Assembly: GCA_002269645.1 (NCBI GenBank) | Contig: NIVC01000856.1 | Span: forward strand, 124,001 to 188,000 | DNA from: Macrostomum lignano | Taxonomy: Eukaryota | Direction of reading: 5' to 3' | DNA length: 64,000 nt | Part shown: positions 22,773 through 32,700 of the stretch, in pieces | Layout: every line of letters begins with the position of its first letter | Numbering within the stretch: position 1 is the first letter of the stretch | Program-made: the position numbers and the translations under genes | Notes under the pieces: generated by a model | Database searches by the model: none | What the model was told of the DNA's origin: nothing | Seen by the model: the letters and a program-made list of their open reading frames with translations, nothing else

Positions 22773-25700
22773 GTGAGTGACGTTAATGGAGTGTGGTTTT
22801 AATTCGAGGTAGGACGGGATCCCCATTTCTAGATTCTATCCCAATTCCCAAAATCCTGGAATATCCAGTTTAATCCCAGTATCCGAATCCTGGGACCATG
22901 ATTCCAATCCCGATATCCCAAAATCCTGGGATTCCTATTCCAATCGCGAAATCCTGGGATTCCAATCCCAATATCCCAAATCCTGGGATTCCTATTCCAA
23001 TCCCAATATCCCAAATCCTGGGATTCCTATTCCAATCCCAATATCCCAAATCCTGGGATTCCTATTCCAATCCCAATATCCCAAATCCCGGGATTCCTAT
23101 TCCAATCGCGAAATCCTGGGATTCCAATTCCAATCTCAATATCTCGAAATCCCGGGATTCCTATTCTAATCCCGAATCCTGGGATTCCTATTCCAATCCC
23201 ATTATTTCAAAATCCCGGGATTCCTATTCCAATCCCAATATCCCAAATCTTGGATTCCGTTTCCAATGCCAATATCTCGAAATCCCGGGATTCCTATTCT
23301 AATCCCGAATCCTGGGATTCCTATTCCAATCCCAATATCTCAAAATCCCGTGATTCCTATTCCAATCCCAATATCCCAAATCTTGGGATTCCGTTTCCAA
23401 TGCCAATATCTCGAAATCCCGGGATTCCTATTCTAATCCCGAATCCTGGGATTCCTATTCCAATCCCAATATCTCAAAATCCCGTGATTCCTATTCCAAT
23501 CCCAATATCCCAAATCTTGGGATTCCTATTCCAATCCCAATATATCAAAATCCCGGGATTCCAATTCCAATCCCAATATCTCAAAATCCCGGGATTCCTA
23601 TTCCAATCGCGAAATCCCGGGATTCCAATTCCAATGCCAATATCTCGAAATCCCGGGATTCCTATTCTAATCCCAAATCCTGGGATTCCTATTCCAATCC
23701 CAAATCCTGGGATTCCTATTCCAATCCCAATATCCCAAAACCCTGTAGCTGTAATGAATTGAAGCTTTTATGAACTCAGTCACTAAAGTAGAAGGGCGCT
23801 CGCTACACTTTATTATCTTAGAAATAAGCTGGTGCATTTCGGAATCGATAGATAACGGAACGATTTCGCAGGTGCAGTATTCTAACTGAGTACATGTACT
23901 TTGATAATTCATCCGTCAATTTCAGACAAGCCGTCAGCTCCCACTGACCTTCGATTGACCCCGATTTCGTCGGATACCCTGGTTGCCAACTGGAGTCCTC
24001 CGGCTAGCAACGGTAATTTGCAGTTGCTGCGCTACGAGCTGAGTGGCTCCGGGCTCCGGCTGAACGGCAGCTCTAAGCTCAAGCTGCTGATCGGTAATCT
24101 CAGTCCGCACAAGGTCTACTGTCTGTCTGTTCTGGCTGTCAATGCAGCCGGCAGGGGCCCCTCAACTGAGTCCGTTTGCAACAGAACTTTAGAAGGCTCG
24201 CCTGAACCGGGCGCACTCAGAGTTGAGTTGCACTCTGTTAACGATACAATGGCGGTATTGCGCTTCCATATCGCCTTGGACAAGATGGCTGGACAGTTTA
24301 GACTGGTCAGACTGGAGCCGCGTCTGCTCTGGCATCTGGAGGCCCCCGGCCGTCTGTCGGCCGGTTCACAGGCGCAAAAAAATATTGTCATAGCGGCTGA
24401 AGAATTTAATAACAGTATCGTTACTGTAAGTATTTCTTTGTTTCATTTGATGTTCTGCCTAAATAGTTCTGTCCGATAATTGTCTCCGTCTACTGTCCGG
24501 AATTTCTACCGGTCTTTGTGTCCACCTTCTGTCCGGAATTACTTCCGGTCTTTGTGTCCGGCCTTTATACGGAATTACTTCCGGTCTTTGTGTCCACCTA
24601 CTGTCCGAAATTTCTTCCAGTCTTTGTGTCCACCTTCTGTCCGGAATTACTTCCGGTCTTTGTGTCCGCCTACTGTCCGGAATTACTTCCGGTCTTTGTG
24701 TCCACCTTCTGTCCGGAATTACTTCCGGTCTTTGTGTCCGCCTACTGTCCGGAATTACTTCCAGTCTTTGTGTCCACCTTCTGTCCGGAATTACTTCCGG
24801 TCTTTGTGTCCGCCTACTTTCCAGAATTACTTCCGGTCTTTGTGTCCGCCTACTTTCCAGAATTACTTCCGGTCTTTGTGTCCACCTTCTGTCCGGAATT
24901 ACTTCCGGTCTTTGTGTCCGCCTACTGTCCGGAATTACTTCCGGTCTTTGTGTCCGCCTACTTTCCAGAATTACTTCCGGTCTTTGTGTCCACCTTCTGT
25001 CCGGAATTACTTCCGGTCTTTGTGTCCGCCTACTGTCCGAAATTTCTTCCAGTACTTTCCGGAATATCGTCCCGTTCAAATGTCTAACTTGTGTCCGTAA
25101 ATTTTTCTAGGTCTTCGTACTATCGTCCATTAATTGAATACCACAGTTTCCGCTTTTAATTTTGTTCTTTCGCAAACTCGGTATACGGAAATCACGTCGA
25201 TTGTTTTTTTTCCACAGACCCGCGCCCTTACCGACCTGAAGCCGTACAGCCGCTACCGACTGTTATATTCAGTGTCCAACGGAGCTGAATCCGGCTCAGC
25301 CGGCTCGATCGACTTCAATACTACCGACGGACGTGAGTCAGTGCCATTCTTTGCTTTTTGGATTGTTGCCAGCAAAATTTGAGAAATTTCAACCACACTA
25401 TTTAAATCTGATCTATTTATTCGACCACAAACTTGGGAATCGTTTTAACCTCCGGCAACGAATCGCCCTCACCTCCCAAAGAGAATCGCCCTCACCTCCC
25501 AAAGAGAATCGCCCTCACCTCCCAAAGAGAATCGCCATCACCTCCCAAAGAGAATTGCCCTCACCTCCCAAAGAGAATCGCCCTCACCTCCCAAAGAGAA
25601 TCGCCCTCACCTCCCAAAGAGAATCGCCCTCACCTCCCAAAGAGAATCGCCCTCACCTCCCAAAGAGAATCGCCCTCACCTCCCAAAGAGAATCGCCCTC

Positions 25701-28700
25701 ACCTCCCAAAGAGAATCGCCCTCAACTCCGGCAAAGAATCGCCCTCACCTCCAATGAGAATCGCCCTCACTTCCCAAAGAGAATCGCCCTCACTTCCCAA
25801 AAGAGAATCGCCCTCAACTCCGGCAAAGAATCGCCCTCATCTCCAATGAGAATCGCCCTCACCTCCCAAAGAGAATCGCCCTCACCTCCCAAAGAGAATC
25901 GCCCTCACCTCCCAAAGAGAATCGCCCTCACCTCCCAAAGAGAATCGCCCTCACCTCCCAAAGAGAATCGCCCTCACCTCCCAAAGAGAATCGCCCTCAC
26001 CTCCCAAAGAGAATCGCCCTCACCTCCCAAAGAGAATCGCCCTCACCTCCCAAAGAGAATCGCCCTCACCTCCCAAAGAGAATCGCCCTCACCTCCCAAA
26101 GAGAATCGCCCTCACTTCCCAACGAGAATCGCCCTCACCTCCCAAAGAGAATCGCCCTCACTTCCCAAAGAGAATCGCCCCCACTTCCCAATGAGAATCG
26201 CCCTCACTTCCCAAAGAGAATCGCCCTCACCTCCCAAAGAGAATCGCCCTCACCGCCGCCACCCAGAGACTAAGCCAGAAGCAGTCAGGGTCAGCAGCAA
26301 GTCCCTCATCTTCTTACTCCCACAGTCGCGCCCGCGCCCACTCTGCTCCTCTATCAATTGTCGATCTTCGACGTGAACCTGACGGCCTCTTGCGCGCCAA
26401 AAGGCCGCGTCAACGGCCGCTTCAACGGCTACAGACTGTTCGTGTACCTGCAGAGCAACAAGTCCATAGTGTTCGAGCGCAACTTCGGTCCAGACGCTGT
26501 GAACCTGAGCGTCACCGGGCTGAAGCCGTACACCAGCTACTTGTTGAGTGCGGCCATCGTTACTACAAGGGTCGGAGAGGAATCCTCGCCAACGCCGGTG
26601 CTGACAGATCCGGGCGCCCCGACTGCGCCAATTAATTTCACTGCGTCACCGGCCAAGGCTCGCGCCGGCCTGCTACTGTCCTGGGATCATAAACCTGTGG
26701 GATTTCGCGACACCGCGGATGATAAAAGCTTCCCAATTTACATGCTGACCTACCGGGTCTACTGGCTGTTTGTTATTAATTCCGGCTTAGAGCTGCCACC
26801 GTCTTATTGGGATGTGCCGCTCACATTGGATCAGCTGTCTAACTGTGATTGCAAACTTGCCACTCATGTTAGCTGCCGGCCAACGACTGAGAGAATCTGC
26901 GTGAGTCCTTTCATAATCATACGAGCTAGATTTCATAATCATAAATTTCATAATCATAGATTTCATTATCATAGATTTCATTATCATAGATTTCATAATC
27001 ATAGATTTCATAATCATAGTTCATAGATTTCATTATCATAGATTTCATAATCATAGATTTCATAATCTCAGATTTCATAATCAAAGATTTCATAATCATA
27101 GATTTCATAATCATATATTTCATAATCTCAGATTTCATAATCAAAGATTTCATAATCATAGATTTCATAATCATAGATTTCATAATCGTGATTAAACCGG
27201 CATTAAACTGCCCCCTCTCCCGCCTGCAGCTGCTGCTGCCCCAACGTGAGCTGACCAGAAGCCTGTCACTCATAACGGACAAAATCGGACAATCGACTGT
27301 CGGTCTGTCTGACCAGCTGCGGATCCGCCTGTGGATTCAAGCCGTCGGCAAGTCCAGCTACGACACTGAGCATCGGCGCTATTTCGGCGACCGATCCGAG
27401 CCAGCAGACGCTTCGGTGTCGATCAGCGATTACGAAGCTGGCGGCCTCGGCCGAGCCTGGAGCAAATTTCCTGGCGGGAGAAGAAAGAATGGCGAATCGG
27501 CGACTGACAATGACGACTCAAATCTGTCGCCCGCCGTTGCTGTCGGCGTCGTTGTCGGTAGCATCGCGGCCGTGCTAGGCGTCGGCTTCATCTTGTTGCT
27601 GGGCTGGCGCTGGATCTTCGTCCGGCACAGGGGCTACCAGCGGCCGTTTAGCCAGGGCTTGGAGACTTTCGAGTGCCTCAGTGAGTGCATTTGCGAGTAT
27701 AATGTAAATTTGCGAGTAGATTAGGCCTCTGCTAATCACTTCCGGTCATTCTATTGATCATACTTTACCTCACTTCCAGGAATTATATTGATTATCTTTA
27801 AACTCACTTCCGGTCATTCTTTTGATCATCTTTGACCTCACTTCCGGTCATTATTTTGATCATCTTTGACCTCACTTCCGGTCATTATTTTGATCATCTT
27901 TTTACCTTACTTCCGGGCATTCTATTGATCATCACTTCCGGTCAATGTACTACTCATTATACGACACTTCCGGCTAGTTAATAGGCCATTCTATTCCCAC
28001 ATCCGGTCATTGGAATAATCGTTATATGACACTTCCGGTGAATATATAGGCCATTTCATTCCCACTTCCTTTCATTGGATCGATCATTATATGACTTGAG
28101 TTACTTAACTTAGCTTCAGGGGCTCCAGGCAGTCGGTTACAGCGGGGAGAAATCGTTGGCAATTTCTGCTCATCATAATTATCTTTATCAGATTCGTCCA
28201 TTTTTTTTATTTATAATTTTGCTCGTGTTTACTTTAAGTAGCAAGGTTCGCTTTCAACTCCTTTAACAGCCGCAGACAACGAGCAAGGCGGCCACAGCAG
28301 TCACAGCGCCGGCAGTTCTCGTGCGCAGTTAAAGCGCTACTCCCAGACAGAGCACAAGGCCATGTCCGTTGCCGAATTCCGCGATCACGTGATTGCCAGC
28401 CACGCAAACGATAATTCCGCTTTTCAACTCGAATTCGAAGAAATTCAACGAGTGACGCACAAGGATTGGCAGGCGTATCACGCCAAGCATCCTGATAACC
28501 TGTCGAAGAACCGTTACACTGACATCTGTCCTTGTGAGTATTGGCTTTAGTTGTGTCTCTGGAGTGAAGTGCTGTTGCATTGATGTCTATGGAGTGGAGT
28601 GTTGTTGCATTGGTGTCTCTGGAGTGAAGTGCTGTTGCATTGATGTCTATGGAGTGAAGTGCTGTTGCATTTGTGTCCCTAGGGTGAAGTGCTGTTGCAT

Positions 28701-29524
28701 TGGTGTCTATGGAGTGAAGTGCTGTTGAATTGGTGTCTATGGAGTGAAGTGCTGTTGAATTGGTGTCTATGGAGTGAAGTGCTGTTGAATTGGTGTCTAT
28801 GGAGTGAAGTGCTGTTGCATTGGTGTCTATGGAGTGAGGTGCCGTTGCATTGGTGTCTATGGAGTGAAGTGCTGTTGCATTGGTGTCTATGGAGTGAGGT
28901 GCCGTTGAATTAGTGTCTATGGAGTGAAGTGCTGTTGAATTGGTGTCTATGGAGTGAAGTGCTGTTGAATTGGTGTCTATGGAGTGAAGTGCTGTTGAAT
29001 TGGTGTCTATGGAGTGAAGTGCTGTTGAATTGGTGTCTATGGAGTGAAGTGCTGTTGCATTGGTGTCTATGGAGTGAAGTGCTGTTGCATTGGTGTCTAT
29101 AGAGTGAGGTGCTGTTTTCATTGTCTATATTGAAATGTCAAACATGTCGATCGCATCCCTAACACACACGCCTATAAATCAATCAACCCAGACGATCATA
29201 GTCGAGTTGTTCTGCTGTCAAACCCGGGCAAAAAAATGGGCGACTACATCAATGCTAACTATGTTGATGTAAGTAGTCACTTGCTATTTTTATCTGTCAC
29301 GAATTTTTCTTATTACTCCGTTTCCTAAGTCCATGTCCTACTCGAATCCAGGGCTACCGCCGGGACAAAGCTTACATCGCTTGTCAGGGTCCGGTGCCGT
29401 CCACCTTTGACGACTTCTGGCTAATGGTGTGGGAGAACCGCTGCACGGCTATCGTTATGATCTCCAACTTTGTGGAGCGGGGGCGGGTGAGTCACTGCTT
29501 GATGATTCAGGCACTGAGTAGATG

Positions 29525-29571
<47 letters not shown>

Positions 29572-29590
29572 GATAGATAGATAGATAGAC

Positions 29591-29640
<50 letters not shown>

Positions 29641-29649
29641 ATAGATAGG

Positions 29650-29708
<59 letters not shown>

Positions 29709-32700
29709 GTAGACAGAACGACAGACATTATATTCTGAATTGAAGGGAAGCAGTAGTCAGGAATATAACGCCAGACTTCCCTCGGCACTCCGCAGCGCAA
29801 ATGCGACCAGTATTGGCCCTCCAGCGGCAGCGAGGTGTACGGCGCCATCTCGGTGAAGCTGATCCGTCAGCTCAATAAGGCGGCCTACTGTATGCGGGAA
29901 TTTTCTATCAGAAATTTGCGCGCAAAAAAGCTGGCGAAAGAGCGCCAATTGTTCCATTTTCACTATTCTGAGTGGCCAGACTACGGCGTGCCGGCTTATC
30001 CGCTGCCCGTGCTCAACTTTGTACAGCGGACGGCCGCCTACTGCGGGGGCGACCAGTCCGGCCCGGTCGTGGTGCACTGCAGGTAAGCTCTTTTAATTAT
30101 AGTTTAGAAGTTATTAACCCCGAAGTAGCTAAATTTTAACCTGAGTCTGAGATTATTATAGGAAAGAGCTGAATTATCATCGGAAGTAGCAGGATTTTAA
30201 CCGAAAGCGGCTGGATGTTAACCGGAAGGGGCTGGATTTTCATCGGAAGTGGTTAAATTTTGACAGGAAGTAGCTGGATTTTAACTGGCAGTAGCTGGAT
30301 TTTAACCGGAAGTAGCTGGATTTTAACCGGAAGTAGCTGGATTTTAACCGGAAGTAGCTGGATTTAACCAAAAGTAGCTGGATTTTAACCGGAAGTAGCT
30401 GGATTTTAACCGGAAGTAGCTGGATTTTAACCGGAAGTAGCTGGATTTTAAATGAAAGGAGCTGGATTTGAACCGGAAGTAGCTGGATTTTAACCGGCAG
30501 TAGCTGGATTTTAACCAAAAGTAGCTGGATTTTAACCGGAAGTAGCTGTATTTTAACCAAAAGTAGCTGGATTTTAACCGGAAGTAGCTGGATTTTAAAC
30601 GAAAGGAGCTGGGTTTGAACCGGAAGTAGCTGGGTTTTAACTGGAAGTAGCTGGATTTTAAATAAAAGGAGCTGGATTTGAACCGGAAGTAGCTGGATTT
30701 TAACCGGCAGTAGCTGGATTTTAAACGAAAGGAGCTGGATTTGAACCGGAAGTAGCTGGATTTTAAATGAAAGGAGCTGGATTTGAACCGGAAGTAGCTG
30801 GATTTTAACCGGCAGTAGCTGGATTTTAAACGAAAGGAGCTGGATTTGAACCGGAATTAGCTGGGTTTTAACTGGAAGTAGCTGGATTTTAAATAAAAGG
30901 AGCTGGATTTTAACCGGCAGTAGCTGGATTTAAACGAAAGGAGCTGGATTTGAACCGGAAGTAGCTGGATTTTAACCGGCAGTAGCTGGATTTTGAACGA
31001 AAGGAGCTGGATTTGAACCGGAAGTAGCTGGATTTTAAATGAAAGGAGCTGGATTTTAACCGGAAGTAGCTGGATTTTAACCGGCAGTAGCTGGATTTTG
31101 AACGAAAGGAGCTGGGTTTAAACTGGAAGTAGCTCGATTTTAACCAGAAGTAGCTGGATTTGAACCGGAAGTAGCTGGATTTTTCCCGGAAGTAGCTCGA
31201 TTTTAACCAGAAGTAGCTGGATTTGAACCGGAAGTAGCTGGATTTTAACCGGAAGTAGCTGGATTTCATCCGGAAATGGCTCGATTTTTTACCAGAAGTT
31301 ACTTACAGGAATTGTATAAAGTATATATAGAAGTGTATTTAGAACCCAGCCTAAATTTAGTATCTATAAATTTATATCGAGTCTGAAGCCAATTCTCACA
31401 CAGTTATTTTCATTTTGTTACTTTGCCTACCCTCAGCGCCGGGGTTGGCCGCACTGGCACCTTCATCTGCATCGAGTCGCAGATTCGCCAAATCCTATGC
31501 GAGAAAACCATTAACGTGCGCGGCTTCCTTGAGCACATCCGGCAGCAGCGAATGCGCCTGGTGCAAACTGAGGAGCAGTACATCTTCATTCACGACGTAC
31601 TGCTGGAGTTCCTGCTCTGCCCTGAACGGGAGATCCCCATGGAACGGTTGCCGGATTATTTTAGCAACCTGATGGAGGAGACTGAGCCGTGCGGCTGCAC
31701 GGGATTGGAGACTCAATACCAGGTGCGAGACCGAGGCCTGAGAATTGTTTTTATTGATAGTAGTTTAAACAGTAATCCGGTTAAAAACGGTACCGTGACA
31801 AGAGTCGCTAAAAAGTCATTGCAAACAACTCACTAGTGACTCTTGCGACTCTTGTGAGTTTTTAACGACTCAAACGACTGGGGTCGTCTGGGGTCACTTC
31901 TTGTCTATTTTACCTGTTTTACCTGCAACCACTCTGGGGCGACACAGGTGACTCCAGGGACACACACTTCTTGGCCTGGGTACCGTTTTCATCTGGAATA
32001 TCGCAATGCCTTTTATAAAGACGCTGAGGGTCCAAATAGGCGCCTGAGTCAGACTTGAGAAGATTTTGCATCGTCAAAATCGTGGCATTCTGTTAGTGAA
32101 AATTAATTTAAAACATCTTTGCAAAAAATTTGCAGCTTTGCGTTGCGCATCAACCGGCTGATTACGAGTTGGCGTCGGCGCTGAAGGCGTGCAACTATGC
32201 CAAGAACCGGGCGGATGTGTATCCCAGTAAGTGGGGGGGGCGGCGTAGCCCAGTGGCGTTCTGGTGTGCCAGCGCCCCAGGCTCGATTCCAAGCGCAGTC
32301 GCATTAATTTTCTGGCTAAATTGGAATCTCGGCTTGGCTCTGCTCGTGCAATTAACGCCATTGAGTGAAGTGTACATGCCTTAAGATAAATAAAGTTAGG
32401 GCTGCTGTACACTCCTGTGTGACTGCTCAGGGGAGTCGGCGGAATGGGCCATTATGGGCAGCAATGCCTCTTACAGTTTAGTCCTTAGATGATAGGTCAA
32501 CTTATAAGCTCACACTGCACCGGACCAGTCTAACCTGTCTATCCATTTGTCCGCAGTTGAATCTCGTCGAGTCAAGCTGACCTGCAAGCCAGGAGTTGAT
32601 GGATCGGATTACATCAACGCGTCTCACGTTCACGTACGTACGAGTATCATTGATGATACCTATATGTAGCGATATTGATTGTAACAAGGCGCCAAGGGGG

